Of a stretch of 64,000 nucleotides of DNA, positions 25,490 through 39,619 are shown one piece after another. Within the stretch, counting starts at the first letter, position 1, and the number at the start of each line of letters is the position of its first letter. The translations under genes and the position numbers were made by a program. Under the pieces are notes generated by a model. That model was not told the origin of the DNA. It was given only the letters and a program-made list of their open reading frames with translations, and did no database searches. Origin of the DNA: Felis catus (Eukaryota); assembly GCF_018350175.1 (NCBI RefSeq), contig NC_058368.1, forward strand, positions 218,428,001-218,492,000, written 5' to 3'.

Positions 25490-26369
25490 ATGACAAAACA
25501 AAGGAATCGACCCCAAAAGAAAGAGCATGAAGAAACAACAGCCAATGATTTAATCAACACAGATACAATCAAGATGTCTGAACCAAAATTTAGAATCACG
25601 ATAATAAGAATATGAGCTGGAGTCAAAAATAGATTAGAATCCCTTTCTGCAGAGATAAAAGAAGTAAAAAATAGCCAGGATGAAATTAAAAATGCTATAA
25701 CTGAGCTGCAATCACGGATGGATGCTGCAGCAGGAAGGATGGGTGAGGCAGAACAGAGAATCAGTGATATAGAGGACACACTTATAGAGAATAATGAAGC
25801 AGAAAGAAAGAGGGAGATTAAGGCAAAAGAGCACAATTTAAGAATTAGAGAAATCAGTGACTCATTAAAAAGGAACAACATCAGAATCATAGGGGTCCCA
25901 GAGGAAGAAGAGAGAGAAATAGGGGTAGAAGGGTTATGTAAGCAAATCATAGTGGAAAACTTTCCTAACCTGGGGAAAATCACAGACATCAAAATCCAGG
26001 AAAAACAGAGGACTCCCATTAGATTCAACAAAAACCGACCATCCACAAGGCATATCATAGTCAAATTCACAAAATACATGCAAGGAGAGAATCATGAAAG
26101 TAGCAAGGGAAAAAAAAGTCCTTAACCTACAAGGTAAGACAGATCAGGTTTGCAGCAGACCTATCCACAGAACTTGGCAGACCAGAAAGGAGTGGCAGTA
26201 TATATTCAGTGTTCTAAATCAGAAAAATATGCAGGCAAGAATTCTTTATCATGCAAGGCTGTCATTCAAAATAGAAGGAGAGATAAAAAGTTTCCCAGAC
26301 AAACAAAAATTAAAGGAGTTTGTGACCACTAAACCAGCCCTGCAAGAAACTATAAGGGGGACTCTCTGA
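25490..26369 (+). pseudogene. L1 ORF1p (RNA-binding/chaperone), disrupted
   Basis: MTKQRN.. start at 25490 with a premature TGA near 25614. Motifs KRNNIRIIGVPEEEE, RHIIVKF and LKEFVTTKPALQE. Frameshifted near 26080-26120. Confidence 0.93.
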
Positions 26370-26429
26370 GGGAAGAAAAGATGAAAAAAATATATACATA
26401 AATACCAAAAGCAACGAAAGATTAGAAAG

Positions 26430-29400
26430 TCCAATCAAAAGACATAGGGTAACAGAATGGATCAGAAAATAAGACCCATCTATATGCTGTTTAAAAGAGA
26501 CTCACTTTAGACCTAAAGACACCTACAGATTGAAAATAAGGGGATGGAGAACCATCTATCATGCTAATTATCAACAAAAGAAAGCTGGAGTAGCCATACT
26601 TATATCAGACAATCTAGACTTTAAAATAAAGACTGTATCAAGAGACGCAGAAGGGCATTATATCATAATGAAGGGGTCTATTGACCAAGAAGACCTAACA
26701 ATTGTAAACATTTATGTGCCAAATGTGGCAGCACCCAAATATATAAACCAATTAATCATAAACATAAAGAAACTCATTGATAGTAATACCATAATAATAG
26801 GACACTTCAACACCCCACTCACAGCAATGGACAGATCATCTAATCAAAAAATCACCAAGACTTTGAATGACACATTGGACCAGATGGACTTAACAGATAT
26901 ATTCAGAACATTTCATCCTAAAGCAGCAGAATATACATTCTTCTCCAGTGCACATGGAGCATTCTCTAGAATAGGCCACATACTGGGACACAAATCAGCC
27001 CTCAGCAAGTACAAAAAGATGAAGGTCATACCATGCGTATTTTCAGACCACAACACTATGAAACTCAAAATCAACCACAAGAAAAAATTTGGAAAGGTAA
27101 CAAATACTTGGAGACTGAAGAACATCCAAGTAAAGAATGAATGGGCTAACCAAGAAGTTAAAGAGGAAATTAAAAAGTATATAGAAGCCAATGAAAATGA
27201 TAACACCACAACCCAAAACTTCTGGGACACAGCAAAATCAGTCATAAGAGGAAAATATATAGCAATCCAGGCCTTCCTAAGAAGGAAGAAAGATCTGAGA
27301 TACACAACCTAACCTTACGCCTTAAAGAGCTGGAAAAAGAACAGCAAATAAAACCTCAAACCAGCAGAAGACAGGAAATAATAAAGATTACAACAGAAAT
27401 TAATGCTATAGAAACCAAAAAAACAGTAGAACAGATCAATGAAACCAGAAGCTGGTTCTTTGAAAGAATTAACAAAATTGATAAACCACTAGCCAGTTTG
27501 ATCAAGAAGAAAAAGGAAAGTGCCCAAATAAATAAAATCAATAATGAAAGAGGAGAAATCACAACCACCACAACAGAAATAAAAACAATAATAAGAGAAT
27601 ATTATGAGCAATTATATGCCAATAAAATGGGAAATTTGGAAGAAATGGACAAATTCCTAGAAACATATACACTACCAAAACTGAAACAGAAAGAAATAGA
27701 AACTTTGAACAGAACCATAACCAGTAAGGAAATCGAATTAGTAATCAAAAATCCACCAAAAAACAAGAGTCCAGGGCCAGATGGCTTTCCAGCGGAATTC
27801 TACCAAACATTTAAGGAAGGGTTAACACTTCTGTTGAAACTGTTCCAAAAATTAGAAATGGAAGGAAAACTTCCAAACTCTTTCTATGAAGCCAGGATTA
27901 CCTTGATTCCAAAACCAGACAGAGACCCCACTAAAAAGGAGAACTATAGACCAATTTCCCTGATGAACATAGACGCAAAAATCCTCAACAAGATATTAGC
28001 CAACCGGATCCAACAATGCATTACAAAAATTATTCACCACGGTCAAGTGGGATTTATACCTGGGATGCAGGGCTGGTTCAATATCGGCAAAACGATTAAC
28101 GTGACTCATCACATCAATAAAAGAAAGGACAAGAACCATATGATCCTCTAAATAGATGCAGAGAAAGCACTTGACAAAATACAGCCTCCTTTCTTGATAA
28201 AAACCCTCAAGAAAATAGGGATCATACCTCGAGATCATAAAAGCCATATATTAACGACCCAACACTAATATCATCCTCAATGGGGAAACACTGAGAGCTT
28301 TCCCCCTAAGGTCAGGAAAAAGACAGGGATGTCCACTCTTGCCACTGTTATTCAACATAGTATTAGAAGTCTTAGCCTCTGCATCAGACAACACAAAGAA
28401 ATAAAAGGCATCCAAATCGGCTAGGAGGAGGTCAAACTTTTTCACTCTTCGCAGATGACATGATACTCTACAACGGAAAACCCAAAAGATTCCACCAAAA
28501 AACTGCTAGAACCGATTCATGAATTCAGCATAGTTGCAGGATGTAAAATCAATGCACAGAAATCGGTTGCATTCCTATATACCAACAATGAAGCAACAGA
28601 AGGAGAAATCAAGGAATCAATCCCATTTACAGTTGCACCAAAAACTATAAAATACCTAGGAATAAATCTAACCAAAGAGGTGAAAAATCTATACACTGAA
28701 AATTATAGAAAGCTTATGAAAGAAATTGAAGAAGATACAAAGAAATGGAAAAAGATTCCATGCTCCTGTATAGGAAGAACAAATATTGTTAAAATGTCAC
28801 TACTACCCAAAGCAATCTGCATATTCAATGCAATCCCTATCAAAGTAACACCAGCATTCTTCACAGAGCTAGAACAAATAAATCTAAAATTTGTATGGAA
28901 CCAGAAAAGACCCCAAATAGCCAAAGCAATCTTGAAAAAGAAAACCAAAGCAGGAGGCATCACAATCCCAGACTTCAAGCTATACTACAAAGCTGTAATC
29001 ATCAAGACAGTATGGTACTGGCACAAGAACAGACACCCATATCAATGGAATAGAATAGAGAACCCAGAAATGGACCCACAAATGTATGGGCAACTGGCCT
29101 TTGACAAAGCAGCAAAGAATATCCAATGGAATAAAGACAGTCTCTTCAGCAAGTGGTGCTGGGAAAACTGGACAGTGACATGCAGAAGAATGAACCTGGA
29201 CCACTTTCTTATACCATACACAAAAATAAACTCAAAGTGGATGAAAGACCTCAATGTAAGACAGGAAGCCATCAAAATCCTTGAGGAGAAAGCAGGCAAA
29301 AACCTCTTTCATCTTGCCCGCAGCAATTTCTTACTCAACATGTCTTCAGAGGCAAGGGAAACTAAAGTTAAAATAAACTGCTGGGACATCATCAAAATAA

Positions 29401-30152
29401 AAACTTCTGCACAGCGAAGGAAACAATCAGCAAAGCTAAAAGGCAACTGACAGAATGGGAGAAGATATTTGCAAATGACATATCAGATAAAGGGTTAGTA
29501 TCCAAAATCTGCAAAGAACTCATCAAACTTAACACCCAAAAAACCAAATAATCCAGTGAAGAAATGGGCAAAAGACATGGATAGGTACTTCTCCAAAGAA
29601 GACATCCAGATGGCCAACCAACACATGAGAAAATGCTCAACATCACTCATCATCAGGGAAATACAAATCAAAACCACAGTGATATACCACCTTACACCTG
29701 TCAGAATGGCTAACATTAACAACTCAGGCAACAACAGATGTTGGTGAGGATGCGGAGAAAGAGGATCTCTTTTGCATTGTTGGTGGGAATGCAAGCTTGT
29801 GCAGCCACTCTGGAAAACAGTATGGAGGTTTCTCAAAAAACTAAAAATAGAACTACCCTACGACCCAGCAATTGCACTACTAGGCATTTATCCACGAGAT
29901 AGAGATGTGCTGTTTCAAAGGGACACATGCACCCCCATGTTTATAGCAGCACTATCAACTATACCCAAAGTATGGAAAGAGCCCAAATGTCCATCAAGGG
30001 ATGAATGGATAAAGAAGATATGGTATATATATACAATGGAGTATTACTTGGCAATCAAAAAGAATGAAATCTTGCCATTTGCAACTATGTGGATGGAACT
30101 GGAGGGTATTATGCTAAGTGAAATTAGTCAGAGAAAGACAAAAATCATATGA
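26430..30152 (+). pseudogene. L1 ORF2p (APE endonuclease, reverse transcriptase, CCHC), disrupted and lacking its N-terminus
   Basis: Endonuclease motifs (AGVAILISD, FNTPL, FSDHN). RT motifs ([29 protein letters not shown] near 28445, KYLGINL). C-terminal HCWWEC. Several stops and frameshifts. Confidence 0.95.
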
Positions 30153-31536
30153 CTTCACTCATATGAGGAATTTAAGAGACAAAACAGATGAACATAAGGG
30201 AAGGGAAACAAAGATAATATAAAAACAGGGAGGGGGACAAAACAAAAGAGACTCATAGATATGGAGAACAAACTGAGGGCTGCTGGAGGGGTTGTGGGAG
30301 GGGGGGATGGGCTAAATGGGTAAGGGGCATTAAGGAATTTACTCCTGAAATCATTGCCTCACTATATACTAACTAATTTGGATGTAAATCTTAAAAAATA
30401 AAAAAATAAAGTTAAATTATTTAAAAAAATGTTAAAGTCACCTGTTAGACTAAGTTCTGATGACCCAGACAAGTTTCTTTTTATGAGATAAGTAACTAAC
30501 TACATATCGGTGCTTAATTGTAAGAGGAGAAGGAGGAGGTCGATAGATACATAGCAGCAACACAATTCTGCATATGTGAGATAAGTCTTATGTTGGGGTC
30601 CACTATTTTTTTTTTAGCAATGTTCCATCTGGGATGTCAAGAGATGAAAACCTTTCTATATTTCCATTTTCTAATAGATTTTACTACTAAATGAATTCTT
30701 TGACTAATTAATCACTTCTGCACCGGTATAAAAATGCTCAAAGAAAGTAAACAAGTGACATCCAACTGATCACAGTCCTGTCAGTGTCCTTTATCCGTAG
30801 TGTCTGCCATGAAACATGGTGAACAAAAAACTATTCTTTTGTGATGATAACAGGCTTAATAATAATTTCAAAGAGCATTTTTATGAATAGCTTGTACTGT
30901 TTTCCATTAAAATTTCATAGAATACAAAATCAACTAAATAAAAAACAAAACCACATGATTTTTTTCATTGCATGATGATTGGGTATTGATATAGTTTCTG
31001 AGAATGCTGGTGGGTGGGCTCACTTCTTATCAGCTCAAAAAGTCCAATGAGTATTAATTCATCTTATCTGATCTTATCCTTGTAATATCAGAAGCAGAAC
31101 AGTAGATGGTTAGTTAAGGTTCTGAGCCTCTTACAGTGGGGGCATTCTTTGTAAAGGCCCCTACCTTTCACCATCTCTCTCCAACAGTAAATAGCAGGAT
31201 GGGGAATAGTAATGATAACAAAATATAATGACTAAATAGTCAGGACAACAAAATATAAATATTATAATGGCAACATTATAAATTTTGTGGATTTACCAGC
31301 ATCCTTCCAAAATAACTTTTTATAACCCACTGACCAGGGATGATGCAAAGGGTTTGAATCTGTCTCACAGTGATCAGTATTATGAGCGGAGACCAATGAC
31401 TCTGAGGAATAAAATGCTGCATTACCCCCCTCCCCCAGGAGACAGAGAGTGACAAAATTCACGTGTAAATGAGTTTTCATGGCTACCTGAAAATTAAAAC
31501 TCATTCAAAATTGAGATTTTTAAAAAGGAAAAAACA

Positions 31537-31752
31537 GGGGCTCCTGGGTGGCGCAGTAGTTTGAGCATCCCACTTGGGCTCAGGTCATGATCCTACAACG
31601 CGTGAGTTTGAGCCCGTGTCCAGCTGTGTACTGACAGCTCAGAGCCTGAAGCCTGCTACGGATTCTGTGTCTCACTCTCTCTCTGCCCCTTTCTCTCTCT
31701 CTCCCTCTCTCTCAAATAAAATAAACATTACAAAAATTTTAAAAATAAAATA
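31537..31752 (+). mobile_element. Felid CAN-SINE
   Basis: GGGGCTCCTGGGTGGCGCAG head, (CT)n and A-tail. AAAAAGGAAA flanks both ends. Confidence 0.93.
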
Positions 31753-33204
31753 AAAAAGGAAACTACATCATAAAATCAGAATATTTTCTTGTTATTGTTA
31801 TCTCTGGAACTCAGTACATTATAAAAGCTTTGGCTTTCCATAAAAGATGTGAAGTTTGAGACATTCTTGGATAAAAAGAAATGGGGAAGGGGTGTCTAAG
31901 TCATTACCTCGAAGGTAACTTATTGCCAGGAGGCTGTTGTCCACTGTATGTCTGTATAAGTCTTTATAATTTCACAAGAGCAGAAAAACATCCTGAGTGA
32001 CTGGCAGAGCCTGAGAGCAACATTAGAAACATTGTTACTTTTTATATTTCAGTAAAATCAAAAACAAAAACAAAAAAACCCAGAATTTAGTTCCCAATGT
32101 CTGGATTCTGCTGTAGTTGAAATGTATACAGCATTATGGTTAGTATAAAGGTAAGGCAGAAAAAGATATAATCAATTACATGTAGTGAACACAAATTTTC
32201 AGCTACCAAATTACCAAGAAAACAAAATTAAATTACTTTTAAGAGATGCACATATGAGTGCCTGGGAAAAACAGTGACTTGATGGCAGAGAAAACAAGAC
32301 ATTAAAAAAAAAGGTGGAATACCCTAGAAGGAAGAGTATGGCCTACCCCTTTATTTCTTTGGTATATCCTAGCCAAAAGGTTTGGATAACAACTAAGCAT
32401 CGTTGAATAAATCTGAACAATATACATAATGGATCGAAGAAGTCACAATAAAGGTGCATTAGCTCATAGTGCAACCTTAATTTTAACTCCAACCCAGTCA
32501 TATTTTCAGAAGGTTTCCAAGAATTAGAAGTCAGTGAACTAATGTTTACCTCACTAAGTATGAAGGCTGAGGGAACATTAAAATGATTAAATGAGTATTA
32601 ACTTCCATATCCAGAAACTTATCTACTGACATTAACCTTAGAGGTGAGGAACATTTTATTAATCTAATTGCCAGTGCTAAGGAAGCAACTGTGACTGTGA
32701 TATGATCACCTGGATGCATCTGGAAAATCTAATTGATTAGGATCCAAACTACTTCCTGTTGAAGATGCCAGCTATAATGAATATTTTAGACCAGATCCTA
32801 ACTGCTAATGATAGGTATTTTCTAAGATGCTAAAAAGTATTCTGCTATAGTTCTTAGATCCAAGGGATATAACTATGCACACTACTACAAAAAGCCCTTT
32901 AACACAATTATGACTCAGATACTTATTTATGTTAATCACCACAAATTTGGAATTGAGTGGTAAAATCAGATCTGGGAAATAAAGATATATTTAAGGTTTC
33001 TGCACTCTAGAATTTATATTTAACTATCAGCTTCATTATACAAGGATGTTCCTAGGGAATTTAGACACCTTTTTTATGTTGGTAATGAGACCGTTCAGAA
33101 AATATGAACCATAGATCCTATTATTGGAGTTGAGATAGGATGCCTATACCACCATAGACTACAGTCGAATAAATATTTCAAAATGTTTTAGAGCAGAAGT
33201 ACTT

Positions 33205-33420
33205 AACAAAATTTTTTTTACGTTTATTCATCTTTGAGAGACACAGAGAGAGCGTGAATGGGGAAAGGGAAGAGAGAAAGGGACACACAGAATCCGAAGC
33301 AGGATCCAGGCTCTGAGCTGTCAGCACAAAGCCCGGACGTGGGGCTCAAACTCACCAACCGTGAGATCATGACCTGAGCCAATGTCAGATGCTTAACCGA
33401 CTGAGCCACCCAGGTGCCCC
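33205..33420 (-). mobile_element. Felid CAN-SINE
   Basis: Canonical body. TSD GAGCAGAAGTACTT / GAGCAGAACTATTT. Confidence 0.95.
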
Positions 33421-35010
33421 GAGCAGAACTATTTTTTAAATGTCTCATCAAAACTTTGAGACAGTATCAGTCAAGGTTATGCAGACAAAATTAATCTAAT
33501 TTTGACCCTCTTGGTACATATAATAATAATTGAATTCAGACTGGTCACATGCAATTTTTAATTCAAATCCCTTATAAAAATAGTTCTATAATGTATCCTA
33601 AAGTGACATCTGATCCTGTGATCTCTTATTATCACATAATCAATCAAAGTCAGTTATATTATAAAAGAATTTCAAGTAAAAATGGTTGTTTGTGCCATAA
33701 CCATTCTAGATGGATCAATAAAACAACCATATGGAACATATCAATTCACTGTGAACTACTTGCATGTAGGTCAGATATTCTACATATTACAAAAGGAGTA
33801 TTAGGCATTATTATAACTTGGAAAAGTCATAACACTAGCCTAGGACAAGCTCTACACAATCTTGAATGGAACATTCTGTACCTGGTCCTCACGCTCCAAT
33901 TTTATTGCTATGGTAGTGACAGCAATATTCCTCCCCCCCTTTTTTTTCTTGGATCAAACAACATTAACACTGTTCCTGTGCTATTATTTATTTGGAAGGA
34001 ATCCAAACTGAGCCATTGATTAAATTCTACTAGTTGTCAACCTGATGTATGAAATCAATAACATACTATTAATCAGGTTAACTGGAAATATTGAAATGAA
34101 TACTCTAGATTTCCTTTTGCTGTGTATATTGGAACAAATAAGAACTGTAAACACAAATATATCCAAAGCACCCAACCCGTGACAAACTCATTAGGGTCCA
34201 ATATATGAGAACTATGCTTAAAGATTTGGCATTACACCTATCCCCAAATGCCTCTTTGCATATGGTAGACAGATCATGCATCCAGAGAATCCTATTTATA
34301 TGATTATACCATTTCATAAATAATGCCAATTAACCTAGTAGAACACAGAACAGGAAGAATTTCAGTATAAGTGTAATTGGAAGTTGGGCATATATTTCTC
34401 AGAGTTTACATCGTAGATGAATATGCCAGTATCTCAAGTCTTCTGCAGACCTATAAGGGAGTTAAAAAATGACACTTCCTAAAATTAGAAATGAAAACAA
34501 TGGTCACGTTAATTAAAATGTATCTGTAACATTTTATAATATAAACATAAGACTCCATACATTAGTAATGACTAGGTCAATGCATTATGAAATGGGTGAT
34601 ATACAATGCCAAAACTAATCAAATAGGACTGATTACCATACAATCATAAAATGGGAAATACATACATTGCACAGGGCTTCACATGGTACTACTTTTGTTA
34701 ATGTCCTTTGTCAGCTGATTGTATACAATACGAGGATGAAGTATCCTTGTCTTTCCCAGCATTTTTTGGAGGGAGACTGTGATTGTTAATGCTTTAGTAT
34801 TACCTAATCTTTGTTGAAAAGAGTGAACATTATTCTTTGTTGTTGTCAAACATTTTCTAAAAGTGCAAAAATTAAAATAATTTTCACTCTTTTCTGAATA
34901 TTATCTTCCTCTAGACAAGGAGGGACCAGTAGGGTGATGTTAATAAGAAATTCTATAATATTATTTCTATGATTAAGAATAATGTAAATTAGAATAATAA
35001 AGTAATTTTT

Positions 35011-35230
35011 ATTTTTTTATTTATTAAAATGTTTTTGAATGTATATTTATTTTTAAGAGAGAGAGAGCACAGGGGAGGGGCAGAGAGAGAGAGGGAGACA
35101 GAGGATCTGAAGTGGGCTCTGTGCTGACAGAGCCCGATGCGGGGCTCAAACTCACAAACTGTGAGATCATGACCTGAGCTCACATGAGCTGAGGTTGGAT
35201 GTTCAACTTACTGAGCCACCCAGGTGCCCC
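35011..35230 (-). mobile_element. Felid CAN-SINE
   Basis: Canonical body ending GAGCCACCCAGGTGCCCC. Degenerate TSD TAAAGTAATTTTTA / AAAAGTCATTTTTA. Confidence 0.94.
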
Positions 35231-36274
35231 GAATAAAAGTCATTTTTAATGCATACTCCTCAATTGACTTCCACCCAATACTATCCAGTAATGAAGCATC
35301 CATTCTTCATTCTATTTTCAATAAAATCCCATTATAAAACAATATAATAATTAATGAAAGGCCAAACTTCCAGTAAGATGTGTCCCAATCAACAGGAGAG
35401 AAGTATGTTGATATGCCTCTCTTGGATGATTCTGCCCTGTGCTCAAGATTACTAGCCTTTATAATACTTGAGGATGTTTCAATATGTTACTGTTACTCCA
35501 AATATGACCAAAAAAAAAATCCACTTGATAAGGATCCTGGTATACCAGCTAATGATTAGCAAGCAGTTGTGGGTCAAGCCCTTCTAGGTTGACTTAAATG
35601 TTTGGTTAGGCAAGCATCTGTCTTCTTGAAAGAAGAGTGAGTAGGACTCCTGCTATTACTTTCACACTAGTCACCAGATGAGGGTTTGCAACTGATGGCA
35701 TCAGCACTGGACAACAGAAGCAGCAAAAGCTGAAGTTGTGAAACTAGTTTTAAGTAGAATAAAATTTGACAGATGCCCATAAGCTATTCTGATCTCTCCA
35801 CTATAGCAGCCAGTTGGCTTTGTGTGCAGTTGAATTCATGAGCTAATCCTCTAATGTAGGATAAAATATCCATGGGTCTGATTTTGTTTTATTATGTGCT
35901 GCCAAGAGGCAAAAAAATATGTTGATGAGAGAGATGAATGGCAATATTTTGGAGGTAACAACAATATGGAAAAAAGACATTAAATTATGCTCCCCGATTT
36001 TGAGCTCAAAGTCCATATGGTTGGTGTGAAATAACAATCACAGCTAACTGGAAAAGTGCAAGGGAACTACTGTTCTCAAAGGACAACCAACATTAGAGTA
36101 GAGAGATAAAGAGACAGAGAAATGTTTTAACCTATAACGAATAGAAAAAAGTTTGATGTAGAGAAACAGTACTTTTAGTCAGTAGGAGGCACAGTGAGTG
36201 GGAGGGTTCAATACCTGGGTAACACGTCTGGGTTAGAAACTGAACACAATGCAGGGAACATACTGCTGTAGAAC

Positions 36275-36438
36275 AAGTGATTCTCAAACTACAAGACCCA
36301 TACAAATCACCCGGGAAGCTGGCTACAGTGCAGATTCTGGTTCTGGATGTCTGGAACAGCCTCAAGATTTTGCATTTCTTAGAAATCCTTCACATGATCC
36401 AGCGTTGCTGGTTTGTGGAGGATGATTTTGGTAGCAAA
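36275..36438. mobile_element. MER5A/MER5A1-like hAT MITE relic
   Basis: AGTGATTCTCAAACT...AATCACCCGGGAAGCT...CAGATTCTG...TTTGCATTTCT...GCTGGT matches the recalled MER5A layout. Confidence 0.7.
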
Positions 36439-37619
36439 TCTATTGGCCAAATGACTCATAGGCTTACACTGTGGAGCAAAACCAGGAATGAGGAAGATAC
36501 TTGCATCTTTTCTTTGAGGAAGGTGAGCACTAAGCTTAGTAGTCAGAAGACTAATATTAAACTGCCAGGATGGATGCTTGGATATATATTATTACTCACA
36601 TATTTCCGAATGATTTGTACACTGTTTAGAGAGAGAAATCACGTGGAATTTAAAAACATTTTACAAATTTTCAAGAATGTCTACTTGATTCAATGAAAGT
36701 TATAAATAAATACTTCTCTGATTAATTCATTAGCGTGTGCCTTTTATCTAAGAGGAAAATGTATTTGTTCATGGGTGGATTGCATTAAATAATTAACTAA
36801 ATTATAAAGCAATCACTGCATTTTTTAAACAATTGTAACTCATTCATTATTTTGAATTAATATTATGCCACTTTTAGTGATTTGTTTTAATTTTTATATT
36901 TGTTATAGCCACTTCTCACAATTTTAATTATATCCAATTTAATTTAATGAAATTTCCAAATATACTTCATTATTAGGCAAGACAGAAATAGTCCTCAAGA
37001 TAATTATACATGGAAGTGGTATATTGTATAATCTCTTATTTCAGAATATCTGTATATGTGTAATGTTATCATGAAATTCAATCTGTATGTAGCAATTATT
37101 TTTCTTATATATATTTATATAACAACTTTCCTATAGAATTTCTAGTAAACATAATTACTGATAATATTGAATATTACTATTAGTCAAATAAAATTTGCAC
37201 TAAATTATTCACAAGTGTTAAATTAGTATATTGCCTGATCCAATATCTTTTCTTTTGTCCTCTTTGTTTGGTGGGATTTTATTCACTTCAATACAATGGA
37301 GCAAATATTTACTGCACAACTTTTGTCACCTATACATTACATCCCAAGCTCTGGAAATGCAATGGTGAATTAAGGTTTGTGGTGTTATTCACATTAGAAT
37401 CATATGGAGGCAACAGACTTCTAAGTGCTACAGTACATAGCATTCTGTTTAAGCAATGTAATAGCAGAGCAAAATGATACAAGGGTATACGGAGTTAAAA
37501 TCATTTAATTTATTACATATGAAGAGGGCTTAAGAGGGAATTTGTGCATTTGATCTGGACCCCAAAAACTAAATAAGGTGTATGTGGGAAAAGTGGGTAC
37601 TGAGAGAAAAACAGCACAC

Positions 37620-37961
37620 ATTTTTTAGTTGCTTTGAGCATCTACACCAAAACATCATTGACTGGGTGGCTTAGAAACAACAGAAATTTATTTCCCATAG
37701 TCTTAGTTTGGGAGTCCTAAATCAAGATGCTGGCATGATCAGGTTCTGGTTATAGACTGCTGACTTCTTCTTTCCTACATGGTGGAAAGAGGACAAGAGA
37801 ACTCTCTGGAGTCCCTTTTATAAGGGGACAAGTCCCATTCATGAGGGCTTCACCCTTGCGACCTAATTACCTCCCAAAGTGCCCACCTTCAAATACCATC
37901 CAGATTGGGGTTAGAATTTCAACATATGAATTTTGGGACACATAAACATTCAGTCTCTAAC
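37620..37961 (-). mobile_element. MLT1A-type ERVL-MaLR solo LTR
   Basis: ACTGGGTGGCTTAGAAACAACAGAAATTTATTTC...CCTAATTACCTCCCAAAG...TTTCAACATATGAATTTTGGG..ACATTCAGTC. Confidence 0.88.
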
Positions 37962-38183
37962 TAAAAATGAGGCCAAAGACATGTAAATGTAGTACAGGGA
38001 GTAATTTAGGTAAGCAGCATGGTGGGCCTGGAAGGGAGAAAGTTAGCCAGAACAGAAATTTGCAAGCACAAGCATGATGGCACTTAGACACAATACACTT
38101 CCTGAAAAGATGATAAATGTATCCCGTTTGGGTTATTAATAAAAAAAAAGGGGGTCAGGTGTGTTTATACTGACCATGCTTTT

Positions 38184-38384
38184 AAAAAAAATTTAATGTT
38201 CGTTTGTTTTTGAGAAAAAGGGGGGCCGGAACGGCAGAGAGAGAGGGAGACACAGAATCTGAAGCAGGGTCCAGGCTCAGAACTGTCAGCACAGATTCTG
38301 ATGCGGGGCTCAAACACACCAACCATGAGATCATGACCTGAGCTACAGTCCAGCGCTTAACTGACTGAGCCACCCAGGCACCCC
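38184..38384 (-). mobile_element. Felid CAN-SINE
   Basis: Canonical body. TSD GACCATGCTTTT / GACCTTGCTTTT. Confidence 0.95.
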
Positions 38385-38805
38385 AGACCTTGCTTTTTTA
38401 ATGGTAATTGTTCTTAAATTTTAATCTAATGTAATTATACTATCTACAATCATACAAAATTGAAAATATCAAGAAGGACTGAGTTTAAACTGAAGACTGG
38501 CATGCCATATAAAACAACCCTTATTTACTTGGTGTACTCATTTAACTGTCAGAAGGGCATATTAATAGTAGTATTTTTTAAATGACAGCATTACTATTTC
38601 GTGTTAGACGTAGAAATACCAGTAGATTCAATTTCATCAATTGCAATGATGAAAATATGGGATTTTGATGAGTCTGAGTCTGATCCTCAGTTGGGTAAAA
38701 GATGGGGGTGGTTATTCCCTTTAGGGCTGAGTCTAGTACAGAGAGTGATCTCTGTCATAGCTCACTTGATTCAAAGAAGTTGTGGGTTTTAAAATTGTGT
38801 TGTGC

Positions 38806-39026
38806 GGGGCGCCTGGGTGGCTCAGTCGGTTAAGCGGCCAACTTCAGCTCAGGTCATGATCTCGCAGTCTGTGAGTTCGAGCCCCGCGTTGGGCTCTGTG
38901 CTGACAGCTCGGAGCCTGGAGCCTGTTTCAGATTCTGTGTCTCCCTCTTTCTGACCCTCCCCCATTCATGCTTTGTCTCTCTCTGTCTCAAAAGTAAATA
39001 AACGTTAAAAAAAATAAAAAATAAAT
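38806..39026 (+). mobile_element. Felid CAN-SINE
   Basis: Canonical body. TSD AAAATTGTGTTGTG / AAAATTGTGCTGTG. Confidence 0.96.
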
Positions 39027-39619
39027 AAAATTGTGCTGTGTATATGGACTATAATTCTACATATGTTGGAAAGGATCAAAGGGAGAAACTGAACAAGGTT
39101 ATAAAATTATAAAGATAAGTTTCTCAAAGAAGTGCAAAAACTGACTGGGAAGCCGAGATCCTAAAAAGCTAAGGAGATATCATAACACAGACAACTGGCA
39201 CACAGAACAACCAATGACAATTGTAAATTAGAATGTTTTCCTGATAAATATCTTAGGTGGGGGCTGAAATGATTGTACAAAGCTGATTTTTATGCACTCA
39301 CTTTTAAGTAAAGGATTTGACTACATCGAATGAAGTTATTATCAACTAAGACCCAGGAAAACATCTAAGCAGTATTGATGCCCATGCCTTATTGCAGATC
39401 AATTGAGCCAAAAATCTCGGGTATATTATCATTTTTAAATATAATGATTTTCATATACAGTAGGATTAAAAACTACTAATCCAACTGATGAAGAAATTGA
39501 ACCCAAACCAAAATTTTTTAGTTGTCACTATGAAATTCACCTCCATCCATGCATATGATAAAGTGTCCCCAATGATTACTCTGTGGTTAAGTGAAAGTGG
39601 TGAATTATTTTTTCTGCCT

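Larger units (their letters stand above)
23359..30422 (+). mobile_element. Full-length, inactivated carnivore LINE-1
   Basis: GGAGAGGAGCCAAGAT start, ~2.1-kb 5'UTR, ORF1 and ORF2 remnants, G-rich 3'UTR and A-rich tail. TSD AAAAACATGTTA (23347-23358) / AAAAAAATGTTA (30423-30434). Confidence 0.97.

Noticed and set aside
25459..26079. 206-aa minus-strand ORF
   Set aside because: It is the antisense shadow of L1 ORF1.
23359..30422. Active, retrotransposition-competent L1
   Set aside because: Both ORFs carry stops and frameshifts, the ORF2 start is deleted and the 5'UTR is CpG-depleted.
31297..31486. Possible 190-bp minus-strand exon (TTTTAATTTTCAG|G ... CTG|GTAAAT) in ORF 31262-31504
   Set aside because: The translation is unrecognisable, the donor is mediocre and there are no partner exons. 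RNA-seq would be needed.
33549..34019. 156-aa ORF in unique sequence
   Set aside because: No recognisable domain, and the composition reflects AT-rich non-coding DNA.
36277..36696. 139-aa ORF
   Set aside because: It starts within a MER5-like relic and has no protein features.
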